Below, piece after piece: positions 1-9,540 of a stretch of DNA of 64,000 nucleotides. Source of the DNA: a virus (lineage: Duplodnaviria; Heunggongvirae; Uroviricota; Caudoviricetes); the IMG/VR virus record IMGVR_UViG_3300031760_000008, positions 76,337 to 140,336 of that record. One strand, 5' to 3'. The position numbers and the translations under genes are program-made. A model generated the notes under the pieces. The model saw only the letters and a list, made by a program, of their open reading frames with translations. It searched no databases and was not told the DNA's origin. The stretch's first letter is position 1. Every line of letters starts with the position of its first letter.

Positions 1-341
1 ATAGTATAATCTTTTATTAAAGAAGATACAGAACTATTTGTTTGAGTTATTTCAATATTATCAAAAGAAAAGGTAGTATCTATCTTAGGAATTCTACCTG
101 TTAATTTTCTATCATTTACATATGCTGTGTGAGGAGCAATAATATCATATTCAGTAGCATCAGCATCAGATGTATCAATACCTATTTGTAAATCATTAAT
201 TATCTGAGCATAAGCTCTAAAAGGAATATGAGCTGGTATATCTTGACCTTTTTCTCTTAAAGCAGTTCTTATTTGCTGTTTAGTATTATCAAGATAATCT
301 AATTTATTCATTATTGTAGAATTAGTATCATTTTCAGCCAT
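1..341 (-). CDS. Fibre-family protein, N-terminal part only (runs off window)
   Basis: Hand translation from ATG at 341 with GGAG RBS: MAENDTNSTIMNKLDYLDNTKQQIRTALREKGQD...GIDTSDADATEYDIIAPHTAYVNDRKLTG; clear paralog of the N-terminus of 5671..6453. Confidence 0.8.
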   Translation of the reverse strand, partial: MAENDTNSTIMNKLDYLDNTKQQIRTALREKGQDIPAHIPFRAYAQIINDLQIGIDTSDADATEYDIIAPHTAYVNDRKLTGRIPKIDTTFSFDNIEITQTNSSVSSLIKDYT

Positions 342-371
342 ATTATTTCATTCTCCTTTACATTATTTAAT

Positions 372-386
372 CTATTAATATTTTAC
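372..386 (-). promoter_or_regulatory. Putative late promoter motif GTAAAATATTAATAG
   Basis: Exact motif 31 bp upstream of ATG 341, directly after a terminator hairpin. Confidence 0.7.
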
Positions 387-390
387 GCAA

Positions 391-428
391 AAATAAAGAC
401 TTAGATATTATAAATTCTAAGTCTTTTA
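391..428 (-). terminator. Intrinsic terminator after 443..1924
   Basis: Inverted repeat aaagacttaga/tctaagtcttt with a minus-strand U-tract. Confidence 0.7.
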
Positions 429-442
429 TATTATATTTATAA

Positions 443-1924
443 TTATTTTATTTTTATCCAGTCTGTTCCATTACCATAATAGGTTTCTATATCTTTAATA
501 AGTTTATTTTGAGTAGCATCGTATAAGATTACATCATTAAATCTATTATAGATTACACCATTTAATACTTTTTCATCTCTATATATTTCTGTTTTATAGG
601 CTCCCTCAATTAAACCATCTCTTGTATTTATTATTAATGTATTTGTTTCAAAATCATATGATTTATCATTTAAAGTTAAAGCTGACATAGAACTTGCATC
701 TGTTCCATACATACTTAATAACATATCATAATTATCATTTCTTATATAAAGCAATGGATAAGCAGATCCAAAGCATCTTATAGTAGAAAATGGAGTACCT
801 GATGAAGATATAGTTCTTATAGTACTATCACCTATATTAGCTATGCATGAATTAATTGAATCTGCTGTATCATAATATAAAAATATTGATATATTTTTAA
901 AATATCTATTAGTTGTACTATATGAAGCATTTGCATTACCAAAAGACCAACCATATGAATTATTAATAATATCATAATAACCTTTACTCTTTAAGTAAGA
1001 ACCATTCGTAGTACTAAAATGAAGTTTATTACTATCATAATATAAACCAAATTTACGACCTATTTCAGTAAATCCTGAAAATGTTGATGTAGAAATATTC
1101 CAAACATTACTATTATTACAATATTTTGAAACACATAAATAAGTAACAGTACCATTTACAAAATCATATTTCCAACAACTTCTACATCTAGCAAAATATA
1201 TTACACCTCTATCATTATCATAACAAGCATCTATAAAAGCTCTAGCTGTACCATCATATCTATCTGTAGAATACCCTACTAAATCATCTAGTAACCCTGT
1301 AATTTGCTCCCATGTATCTGTAGATATAGTATATTTATATAAATAATTATCATATCCTGTATGAGCAGAACCTATTATATAAATAGTATCATCATCTACC
1401 CAAACACATCCACCTCCACCTTGTGGTGTAGGACAAGCAGATAACTGTGTCCAAGTATCTGTATCAAAATCATAAGTATAATGCTGATGTATTCTTGCAG
1501 TTGTATTGTCACTTTCTGTATAACTCCAGTAACCGAAAAAATGAGCAACATTTCCTCTTTGACAATAGTCACAATTTAATAAATCTACTGGTACAGTTCT
1601 TCCTAAAATAATATTACTTGTATCTCCAGGATCTAGTGTAGTATCATTTGAAAATAAAATTTTATAATCAGTATTATAATTATCATTTTCTAAATATATC
1701 TTATCCCAAGTTTTATCAGTTTTTAACCAAATACCTTGATTTGCTTCTGGTGTATTATCTTGTGCATATATAGCTAAACCTATATCTCCACCATCTATTT
1801 GTACTGGTCTTAATGTTCCTTGTACCCCTAATACTTTTTCACCATATCTTATGTTTTGGGGTTTTAATTTATTAGTTTTTTCATTTTGAATATCATTTAA
1901 AACTTTTGTTAAATTTACACTCAT
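443..1924 (-). CDS. Fibre/receptor-binding-like protein with kelch-type beta-propeller
   Basis: N-terminal EKTNKLKPQNIRYGEKVLGVQGT adaptor; kelch-like segments (YDFDTDTWTQLSACPTPQGGGG..IYIIG; YKYTISTDTWEQI). Confidence 0.6.
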   Translation of the reverse strand: MSVNLTKVLNDIQNEKTNKLKPQNIRYGEKVLGVQGTLRPVQIDGGDIGLAIYAQDNTPEANQGIWLKTDKTWDKIYLENDNYNTDYKILFSNDTTLDPGDTSNIILGRTVPVDLLNCDYCQRGNVAHFFGYWSYTESDNTTARIHQHYTYDFDTDTWTQLSACPTPQGGGGCVWVDDDTIYIIGSAHTGYDNYLYKYTISTDTWEQITGLLDDLVGYSTDRYDGTARAFIDACYDNDRGVIYFARCRSCWKYDFVNGTVTYLCVSKYCNNSNVWNISTSTFSGFTEIGRKFGLYYDSNKLHFSTTNGSYLKSKGYYDIINNSYGWSFGNANASYSTTNRYFKNISIFLYYDTADSINSCIANIGDSTIRTISSSGTPFSTIRCFGSAYPLLYIRNDNYDMLLSMYGTDASSMSALTLNDKSYDFETNTLIINTRDGLIEGAYKTEIYRDEKVLNGVIYNRFNDVILYDATQNKLIKDIETYYGNGTDWIKIK

Positions 1925-1928
1925 TATT

Positions 1929-2177
1929 TTATATACCTCCTCTATAAATATTTAAAGCTTTTTGTAGACATATTTCTTCATCATCTTTAGTAAATGTTGC
2001 TGTAGCACTATCATCTGGAATATTGTTAGGATTATATATATTATTAGCTATACTAAATAAATCACTGTAAGGAGCATCTGGAGTTCCTCCTGAAGGTAAG
2101 TTTTCTACTAAATCTATACAATTATTTATTTTTAAATTATTATCATCTAACCATTCTTTATAAGTATTATAACTCAT
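1929..2177 (-). CDS. Small hypothetical protein in the tail region
   Basis: 82-aa ORF with GGAG RBS directly behind a late-motif copy. Confidence 0.55.
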   Translation of the reverse strand: MSYNTYKEWLDDNNLKINNCIDLVENLPSGGTPDAPYSDLFSIANNIYNPNNIPDDSATATFTKDDEEICLQKALNIYRGGI

Positions 2178-2200
2178 ATGATTTTTCTCCTTTCATTAAT

Positions 2201-2215
2201 CTAATAATATTTTAC
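2201..2215 (-). promoter_or_regulatory. Putative late promoter motif GTAAAATATTATTAG
   Basis: Motif between terminator and RBS of 1929..2177. Confidence 0.7.
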
Positions 2216-2216
2216 A

Positions 2217-2255
2217 GAAATAAAGAGATCTAAATATAATTTTAGATCTCTTTTA
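2217..2255 (-). terminator. Intrinsic terminator after 2270..4210
   Basis: aaagagatctaaa/tttagatctcttt. Confidence 0.7.
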
Positions 2256-2269
2256 TATTTTTTATTCAT

Positions 2270-4210
2270 TTAATATTTCCAACCAGCAGCATCTAATTCA
2301 GCTAGTCTATTACTATAATAAGATGAATTGAATTTTGTAGCTACTAAAGGACTATTTGAGCTTGAATAATTATTGTTTAAAGTTCTTTGATTAGCTGGAA
2401 CATTAACAGCATTTAAACACATATTAACTATATTTTGTATTGATGCATTTGATAAATTATTACAACCTCTAAACATACTTGACATACAATAATTACCAGT
2501 AATATTTGATGAATCATATTGTGGAACATCTGATAATGATGTACATCCTTCAAACATTTTTCTAAATGATTTAGCATTAATAGTATTAAATCTTGGAGCA
2601 TTTACTAAAGATATACAATTATTAAAAGTCATGTAGAAAGATGTTACATTTGATGTATCAAAGTTTGGTACATTAATAAGGTTAACTTGATTCCAGAACA
2701 TATAAGACATATCAGTTACATTTATGGTATTAAAGTTTGGTATAGTAGTTAAAATTGGATTTGGAAGAATACAAGAGACCATACCATACATATTAGTAAC
2801 ATTTGATGTATCAAAATTTGGTATATTTGCTAAGTTAACACAGTTACTAAATAAATCCAGCATATTAGTAACATTACTTGTATTATAATTTGGAACATTT
2901 ATTAGATTACGACAATCGCTAAATAAACCCTGCATACTAGTTACATTTGATGTATCCCAATTTGGAGCATTTACTAAATTATAACAAGAATTAAATACAC
3001 TAAACATATTAGTAACATTATTTGTATCATAATTTGGAATATTTACTAAATTAGTACAACTCCTAAATACCTCAGCCATATTAGTAACATTATTTGTATT
3101 AAGTTCTGGAACATTTATTAAATTTTTACAACCCATAAACAGCCTACTTATATCAGTTATACTATTAGTATTAATATTTCTAATTTCTATTAAATTATTA
3201 CAATTAGCAAATAAGCCGGCAATAGTTTCAGCTTTTGGTAAATTAATACTTTCTATATTTGTTAAATTTGTACAACTATTAAACATATATTGTGCATTTA
3301 TTACATTTGAAAAATCATAGTTTGGTATATTTGATATACTAGATTTAGAAAACATATATTGTGTATTTATTACGTTTGTAGTATTTATATTTGGTAATAT
3401 TACCCTATTAAAATTTTCAAATAAAGAAGATAAATCATTTGTTAAAGGAGTTAAATTACTTATATTACTATATAAATTAACTCTATTTTTAAGTTCTACT
3501 ATATTAAGATTTGTTATTTTATTTAATGTTCCTCCTTGTTTTCCATTTTGTCCATAAAATATTGCACTATAAACTGATTCTGCATCTGCATTTAATTGAG
3601 TATTTGCTAATACAAAATTAGTACCATTAAATTGATATAAATTATTAAATGTAAGGTCACTTTTTTCAATAAAATAAAGAGCATTTGGATTTATATTAGC
3701 TGGAACTTGTTCCATTCTACCGAAGTCATATATATAAGGCATATCAGTATCTCTATGAAAATGCATATTATCTGCTGATATAAAATTAGCTACTATTAAA
3801 TTATTATTTCCTCTATCTATAAATCTTAAAAATTTATCTCCCCTATTATGTTTAATTGCTAAAAAAGGACTATCACTAGGAATTTGAGATGATACTTGTC
3901 CTAATTCTGTATCAAAAATAACCTCATCCCTAAAATATAATTCAGTTAAATAATCACCTGGATTTAAATTAACTAAACTAAAACTATATACAAGTCCAAA
4001 ATCTCCATTTACTCTATTTGGAATATCATTATACATATTTTCTAATGAACTATATCGATATACTCCACCAGATCCTCCAGAAACTATATTTGATATAGCA
4101 TTTGGATAACTTGCAAAGTTAGTTACATTTTGCCCTTTTGTTTCTATTGCAGATTTTATATCTGCTTTTATATTACTTATATTTGTTAATAAATTATTTA
4201 TTTCTGACAA
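2270..4210 (-). CDS. Fibre-family protein with BspA/DUF285-type leucine-rich repeats
   Basis: About 12-13 tandem ~24-aa repeats of type CxNLxNxPNxDTSNVTNMxxxF; N-terminal KxxIKxAIxxKGQxV adaptor; TTG start. Confidence 0.75.
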   Translation of the reverse strand: MSEINNLLTNISNIKADIKSAIETKGQNVTNFASYPNAISNIVSGGSGGVYRYSSLENMYNDIPNRVNGDFGLVYSFSLVNLNPGDYLTELYFRDEVIFDTELGQVSSQIPSDSPFLAIKHNRGDKFLRFIDRGNNNLIVANFISADNMHFHRDTDMPYIYDFGRMEQVPANINPNALYFIEKSDLTFNNLYQFNGTNFVLANTQLNADAESVYSAIFYGQNGKQGGTLNKITNLNIVELKNRVNLYSNISNLTPLTNDLSSLFENFNRVILPNINTTNVINTQYMFSKSSISNIPNYDFSNVINAQYMFNSCTNLTNIESINLPKAETIAGLFANCNNLIEIRNINTNSITDISRLFMGCKNLINVPELNTNNVTNMAEVFRSCTNLVNIPNYDTNNVTNMFSVFNSCYNLVNAPNWDTSNVTSMQGLFSDCRNLINVPNYNTSNVTNMLDLFSNCVNLANIPNFDTSNVTNMYGMVSCILPNPILTTIPNFNTINVTDMSYMFWNQVNLINVPNFDTSNVTSFYMTFNNCISLVNAPRFNTINAKSFRKMFEGCTSLSDVPQYDSSNITGNYCMSSMFRGCNNLSNASIQNIVNMCLNAVNVPANQRTLNNNYSSSNSPLVATKFNSSYYSNRLAELDAAGWKY

Positions 4211-4229
4211 TTTTTATTTCCTCCTTTCT

Positions 4230-5576
4230 TTATCCTAATTCAGTTTCATCAGGATCATCATTTGAAGGTATAGCATCTATATATCCTTTATTATTTAATA
4301 TTCTTAATTGATCATTTGTAAATTTATTGACATTTAAATTTGCATAAGATAAATACTTATTAGATAAATTAGTTGTATAAGGTAATGCATTTGCTATATT
4401 AGCATAACTTTCAGGACTTAAATTATTACAGTTGTAAAACATTTTATATATTGTTTTTGTTTTATTTGTAATAGTTAAATTATCTATAGTAGTTAGATTT
4501 ATACACCCTAGAAATAATGATGGAGTATTTGTACTATCAATATATAAATTATGTATTTCTCTAAGATTTGTACAAGATACGAATAGTTGCCATATATTAG
4601 GGATATTAGTAAAAGTACAATTAGAAACTATTGTAGGTCCTTCAAATCTATCTTGATAAGTATCACTTTTCCAAAAAACTTGCCTCATATCACTATTATC
4701 AACTTGAATATTATATATATTGGAAATATTAGTTTGTCTAGCAAATTGATATAATATTGAATTTGTAAATACACAATCATGTAATTCTCTTACATCTACA
4801 TTTATAAATGTTTTTTCTAAAGAAATGTTATTAAATGTCATATTTTCCATATTTATAGGAGGTAGATTAGTACATTCAGCATATAAATATCTGTAAATAA
4901 CATCATTTTTAAAAGTATCAGGTTTTATAGGATATGTTTTTAAATTATAACACCTTCCAAACATTTCTCTAAAATTGGTACAATTTGGAAAATTAATATC
5001 TCCTGCAAATTCTAAATTATAACAATTTGCAAAAGTACAAAAACATTCAGTAATATTATTACTGCTCATAGAAGGAATACTTACTAAATTAACATTATTT
5101 ATAAATTTATTATTCAAATTAGTTATACTATCATCTAAAGTCAATTCGCTTAAATCAGAATATACTTGAGCTTTTATTTTTATTTGATCTTTAGTTAAAT
5201 TATTATTTACTTGTAAAGTTCCTTGTTCTACCCCATTTGCTCCCCAAAATATAGCAGAATCTACATATTCTTTATTAGCTGTTAAGCCTGTAGGAGCAAG
5301 TTCCCAAGCACTATTAGTATATTGCCATAAAGCTTGTAAATTACTTGTATTTATATCATAAACTAAAGCTAAATCTCCTTCATTAGCTATATTAGATTGC
5401 ATTTCAGAAATATTAGAAAATAATAGTATATCTCCAGCACTTCCTGATTGTATATTTAAAATAGCATTAGAAAAAGAAGCAAAATTAGTTACATTTTGTC
5501 CTTTATTTATAATTGCTTGTTTCATATCATTTTTAATATTAGATATATTTGTCAATAAATCATTTAATTGAGCCAT
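4230..5576 (-). CDS. Fibre-family protein with degenerate BspA/DUF285-type LRRs
   Basis: N-terminus nearly identical to 2270..4210 (LLTNISNIK.D.K.AI..KGQNVTNFAS); FxxCxNL repeats. Confidence 0.7.
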   Translation of the reverse strand: MAQLNDLLTNISNIKNDMKQAIINKGQNVTNFASFSNAILNIQSGSAGDILLFSNISEMQSNIANEGDLALVYDINTSNLQALWQYTNSAWELAPTGLTANKEYVDSAIFWGANGVEQGTLQVNNNLTKDQIKIKAQVYSDLSELTLDDSITNLNNKFINNVNLVSIPSMSSNNITECFCTFANCYNLEFAGDINFPNCTNFREMFGRCYNLKTYPIKPDTFKNDVIYRYLYAECTNLPPINMENMTFNNISLEKTFINVDVRELHDCVFTNSILYQFARQTNISNIYNIQVDNSDMRQVFWKSDTYQDRFEGPTIVSNCTFTNIPNIWQLFVSCTNLREIHNLYIDSTNTPSLFLGCINLTTIDNLTITNKTKTIYKMFYNCNNLSPESYANIANALPYTTNLSNKYLSYANLNVNKFTNDQLRILNNKGYIDAIPSNDDPDETELG

Positions 5577-5607
5577 TAAAGTTTCTCTCCTTTCTTTGAT
5601 TTATATA

Positions 5608-5622
5608 CTATTAATATTTTAC
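5608..5622 (-). promoter_or_regulatory. Putative late promoter motif
   Basis: GTAAAATATTAATAG upstream of 4230..5576. Confidence 0.7.
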
Positions 5623-5623
5623 G

Positions 5624-5657
5624 AAAATAAAAGAGATCTAATTAATTAGATCTCTTA
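5624..5657 (-). terminator. Intrinsic terminator after 5671..6453
   Basis: aagagatctaat/attagatctctt. Confidence 0.7.
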
Positions 5658-5670
5658 ATATTATTTAATT

Positions 5671-6453
5671 TTAGTCTAATATTTCTTCTGCTTGATCTAA
5701 AGCATTATCATAATCATCTTGAGAAATATCAGCAGATAATTTAATCCAATCTGTTCCATTATATCTATAAAATCCTTCAAAATTATAAGTATTAGATGTT
5801 TCTGTATATACTACTGCTTTATCTCCTTCTTGAGCTTCAGCTTCTTCCATATGAGCTACTGTATCATATATTTTAAATTGAAAATCACATTTATTTTGTA
5901 ATAAAGCTTCTAATTCTTCTATTTTAGCTTGTTGGGCAGTTAATTCTTCTGTTAAATCTTCTCCACCTTCATGAGTACCTTCTATACCTAAAACAGTTGA
6001 TCCTTTTGCAATTTGACTTGCTTGTAATCCTATAGCATTAGCTATACCTGAATAACTTTGTATTATAGAGACCCAAATATTATTGTCCATGTCATCTCTT
6101 AATAATAAACCATTAGTATTTAAACCACATTTTACTCTTATTTTATTTGCTCCAGCTACTTTTTCTGCAGGATAACTAGCATCACCGAAATTATATTGTT
6201 GTAAAGGTTTTAAAGTACCTGTTATTTTTTCTCCATCTACATAAGCAGTATAACCTTCTTCAATTCTTTCTGCTGTAGCTGTTGCATCTGATGTGTCTGT
6301 TCCAGTTTCAATATTAGCTATTTTTTGAGCATAAGATCTAAAAGTATCATTATCATCAACTTCTTGTCCTTTAGATATAATAGCATTTTTAATACTTGTT
6401 TTAGTGCCTTCTAGATAGTCTAATTTTTCCATTATTGTTGATTCTTCATTCAT
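5671..6453 (-). CDS. Fibre-family adaptor protein
   Basis: KGQEV adaptor, DTSDATATA...TAYVDGEKITG and IAKGSTVLGIEGT motifs shared with the other paralogs. Confidence 0.65.
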   Translation of the reverse strand: MNEESTIMEKLDYLEGTKTSIKNAIISKGQEVDDNDTFRSYAQKIANIETGTDTSDATATAERIEEGYTAYVDGEKITGTLKPLQQYNFGDASYPAEKVAGANKIRVKCGLNTNGLLLRDDMDNNIWVSIIQSYSGIANAIGLQASQIAKGSTVLGIEGTHEGGEDLTEELTAQQAKIEELEALLQNKCDFQFKIYDTVAHMEEAEAQEGDKAVVYTETSNTYNFEGFYRYNGTDWIKLSADISQDDYDNALDQAEEILD

Positions 6454-6455
6454 AC

Positions 6456-6884
6456 TTAGATCACCTCCCCATTAAGAGTATCTAAAGCTGTACTTAATGT
6501 GCCTATTTTTTCATTTACTTCTTCTACTTTAGTATTTACTTCATCAATAGCTCCTTGAACAGTATCAGCTTCCATTCCTGATTCTGTATTATCATAAACA
6601 GTTTCTTCAGCCGTCATTTTGACTTCTTCTAGTTGTTGAGATGTTGTATTATAATGATATAGTCTATTTGTCTCATTAACATAATATAATTTATTTGTTA
6701 AATAATTTGATAATCCATTAGCTTCTGATAAAGTATTTATGAATATAATATCTGTAACTTTTGTTCTATTATTTCCAACGTCCATATATACTTCTTGAGT
6801 ATCTTTAACAAAAGTCATTTGACCATCAACTTGTGGTACATTTGTTAAACTATTTGAATTACATCTACTAAATTTAACTTTCAT
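6456..6884 (-). CDS. Small tail-associated protein
   Basis: GQMTFVKDTQEVYMD...NTLSE...LYYVNETNRLYHYN resembles the N-terminus of 38366..41320 (GNMYMCLDTQRLYYD...NTLND...TYYCWEDNSLWLWN). Confidence 0.5.
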   Translation of the reverse strand: MKVKFSRCNSNSLTNVPQVDGQMTFVKDTQEVYMDVGNNRTKVTDIIFINTLSEANGLSNYLTNKLYYVNETNRLYHYNTTSQQLEEVKMTAEETVYDNTESGMEADTVQGAIDEVNTKVEEVNEKIGTLSTALDTLNGEVI

Positions 6885-7542
6885 TTCTTTCTTTCTCCTC
6901 TCTTAAAATTACTGCTTCTTGATCCCATATTTCTCTATCTCTAGCTAAACAAGCAGTTAATTGTGTATAATATCTTTGACTAAATGCTTCTTCCATATTA
7001 GGACATCCTACTTCATCTAAATAATCTTTAAACCATAAAGTATTTCTTCTTAAATTAACTCCTCCTTGTAATATAGAAAAATTATCTTTATGTTGAACTA
7101 AACAAGGTCTATATATAACATGATTAATTCTTAAATTTTGTAAAATTCTATTAGTTAAAGCTGCCCAAGATCTATGAAGATCAGGTTTATACATTTTAGT
7201 CATTTCATCTGCTATAATCTTTGCCATTCCTTTTGGATAATATGTACATTGATTATAATCAAATCTATCTGTATAATGAGTGGTGAAATATAATTCAGGT
7301 TTTGTAAAGAAATTTATAATTTTATTTGGAAATTGAGAAATTACCTTCTCAATTTCCTCTTTAAAATTCTTACATAAAATTAAATCATCTTCTAGTAATA
7401 CTGAATCATAATCATTTATATAATATAAATCTTTTATAAAAGCTTTAACAGGTATATGTTCTGTATCTGTAAGTATTTCATAATCTATATCATAATTAAA
7501 TTTTCTTTCACCTGTAGTTCTGACAAAATATTTTATTTGCAT
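6874..7542 (-). CDS. Glycosyltransferase, GT-A fold, GT25-like (copy 1)
   Basis: LLEDDL DxD-type motif and PCLVQH motif; paralog of 8853..9509 and 12179..12823. Confidence 0.65.
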   Translation of the reverse strand: MQIKYFVRTTGERKFNYDIDYEILTDTEHIPVKAFIKDLYYINDYDSVLLEDDLILCKNFKEEIEKVISQFPNKIINFFTKPELYFTTHYTDRFDYNQCTYYPKGMAKIIADEMTKMYKPDLHRSWAALTNRILQNLRINHVIYRPCLVQHKDNFSILQGGVNLRRNTLWFKDYLDEVGCPNMEEAFSQRYYTQLTACLARDREIWDQEAVILREEKERNES

Positions 7543-7559
7543 AAATTTTCTACCTCTTT
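7511..7559. repeat. 49-bp exact direct repeat, copy 1 (copy 2 at 9478..9526)
   Basis: cctgtagttctgacaaaatattttatttgcataaattttctacctcttt spans the RBS and first codons of GT copies 1 and 2. Confidence 0.9.
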
Positions 7560-7566
7560 CTTATTT

Positions 7567-8853
7567 TTAAGGATTAGCAGGAGTTACAGTTATAGCAGGA
7601 TGATTTAAGATATCAAATGTAAAAGGTTCATATCTATCACTAGCTACCTCTAATGATAATTGAATTTTATTATTTTTAAAAATAACCATTCTAGGACAAT
7701 CTGATGGATATGTAATTTGTACCTTTCCTGATTGTCCTGTATTATTCATAACTCGTAATAATCCAATTAAATCTCTAACATATATGGCAGAAGGAGGAAG
7801 TGTTCTACTATTTAAGCTCAAAGGAACATTAAAACAGTTAATTATGGCTCCAGTGCCATTATTCCACATAGAACCTCTCATATATACAATACCTTCACCC
7901 GCATCTATAACTAGTCCTATTCCTCTTCCATTATAATAATCATCAGGATCAACAGTAGTAGCAAGTTTAAGACCATAGTTAAATGAACTACCTCCTCCAT
8001 ATTGAACTAAATCCATCATATATTCATCAGGAATACCATCTTCCATAGCATCAGCTATTTCAGCTAAATCTATAGTTATTATATCTCCAGGCTTGATAAA
8101 TGTAATACTAGAATTAGATGCTTCTCCAGTAAATTCACCTTCTACATCAAATAAAGTATAACCTTGTCTTAAATTATCAGGAGTTATATTAAATTTATTT
8201 ATTATATCTGGAAATTCTATATTAACTTGTATATCAGTATCTTTACTTATAAGTATAGTTTTATCACTGAAATAATCAGCATTAGGATGACTTTCTACTC
8301 TTAATACAGTTCCACTAAAATCTTCTATATTATCTATTATTAACTCATCTAAAGTACCTTCTCTATAATCTTCTCCAGAAATATCTGCTGTTCCTGTAAC
8401 ACCTAATTTAGTCACACCTTGCTTTAAATCACCTGGAGTTAAATTTATAGCTTGAGTTATTTTTGAATAAGGAACATCTGCAATCATTTTAGTATTAGTA
8501 TTAATAGCCACATTATCAGGACCACTTCCTGCTGTAGATAATTGAGAGATAGCACTTATTTTTCCATGCGAAGTATCATCTGTTACAGTCATTAGATTTT
8601 CATTTAACCTTACAGAGCTACTATGATTTCTAAAATCAGATAAACTTCCCCTTACCTTTACTCCTTTAACATAAGCTGAGGTATTCACAACAATATCTGA
8701 GGCAGTAGCATTTGCATCTGAGGTATCAATTCCTTCATAGGAACCTGTAACATCAAATATTGTTACATCTTTTTTAATATTTGAAGCTACTATTTTATTT
8801 GTTTTTTCAGACAGTATAGCTTCTGCTTTATTTTTAATTGTTTGTTTAGACAT
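7567..8853 (-). CDS. Fibre-family protein (MSKQTIK adaptor) with variable C-terminus
   Basis: [46 protein letters not shown] adaptor shared with 9541, 11174, 26161 and 31545 ORFs. Confidence 0.65.
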   Translation of the reverse strand: MSKQTIKNKAEAILSEKTNKIVASNIKKDVTIFDVTGSYEGIDTSDANATASDIVVNTSAYVKGVKVRGSLSDFRNHSSSVRLNENLMTVTDDTSHGKISAISQLSTAGSGPDNVAINTNTKMIADVPYSKITQAINLTPGDLKQGVTKLGVTGTADISGEDYREGTLDELIIDNIEDFSGTVLRVESHPNADYFSDKTILISKDTDIQVNIEFPDIINKFNITPDNLRQGYTLFDVEGEFTGEASNSSITFIKPGDIITIDLAEIADAMEDGIPDEYMMDLVQYGGGSSFNYGLKLATTVDPDDYYNGRGIGLVIDAGEGIVYMRGSMWNNGTGAIINCFNVPLSLNSRTLPPSAIYVRDLIGLLRVMNNTGQSGKVQITYPSDCPRMVIFKNNKIQLSLEVASDRYEPFTFDILNHPAITVTPANP

Positions 8854-9509
8854 TACAAATTATCTCCTTTCTTATTTTTATATTTTTCATACCAAGTATT
8901 TCTATCTTTTTGTAATAATTCTTTTAATTTTAATCTATTTTCACGTTTAAAAGCTTGTATCATATCAATTCCCAATTCATCTAAATAATCTTTAAAATAG
9001 AGTGTATTTCTTTCATATATAAAACTTGTTTTTTGAAAAATAGATTTTCCATCAATATGTTGTACTAAACTAGGTCTATATATTAAATGAGGAATACCTA
9101 ATCTATTTAAAGATATACTTAATAAATTACCATATGATTGTTTGATACCTTGTTTATACATAGGTAACATTTGTTCTGCTAATAATTTTCCTAATCCTTT
9201 AGGAAAATATGTACACTGATTATATGAAAAGCTTTCACTATAATGGGTTGTATAGTAAAACTCAGGTACTGTAAAAAAATTTATAATTGTGTTAGGATAT
9301 TCAGAAATAACTTTTTCAATTTCTTCTTTAAAATTTTTGCATAATACTAAATCATCTTCAAGTAATACTGCATCATATTCACTTATAATATTTAAAGCAT
9401 TAATAAAACTTTTTACTCCATCATATTCTTTATCAATAAGTGCTTTATAATCTATATCATAATTAAAATCTCTATCTCCTGTAGTTCTGACAAAATATTT
9501 TATTTGCAT
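8853..9509 (-). CDS. Glycosyltransferase, GT-A fold, GT25-like (copy 2)
   Basis: LLEDDL and PSLVQH motifs; stop overlaps the start of 7567..8853. Confidence 0.65.
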   Translation of the reverse strand: MQIKYFVRTTGDRDFNYDIDYKALIDKEYDGVKSFINALNIISEYDAVLLEDDLVLCKNFKEEIEKVISEYPNTIINFFTVPEFYYTTHYSESFSYNQCTYFPKGLGKLLAEQMLPMYKQGIKQSYGNLLSISLNRLGIPHLIYRPSLVQHIDGKSIFQKTSFIYERNTLYFKDYLDELGIDMIQAFKRENRLKLKELLQKDRNTWYEKYKNKKGDNL

Positions 9510-9540
9510 AAATTTTCTACCTCTTTATCTTTTCATATAT

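Noticed and set aside
2600-3120. CRISPR-like periodic DNA (acatttgatgtatc every ~72 bp; also the Cpl-7 repeats at 23.5-23.9 kb)
   Set aside because: Repeats are degenerate at third codon positions and lie inside ORFs, so they are protein repeats; no cas genes
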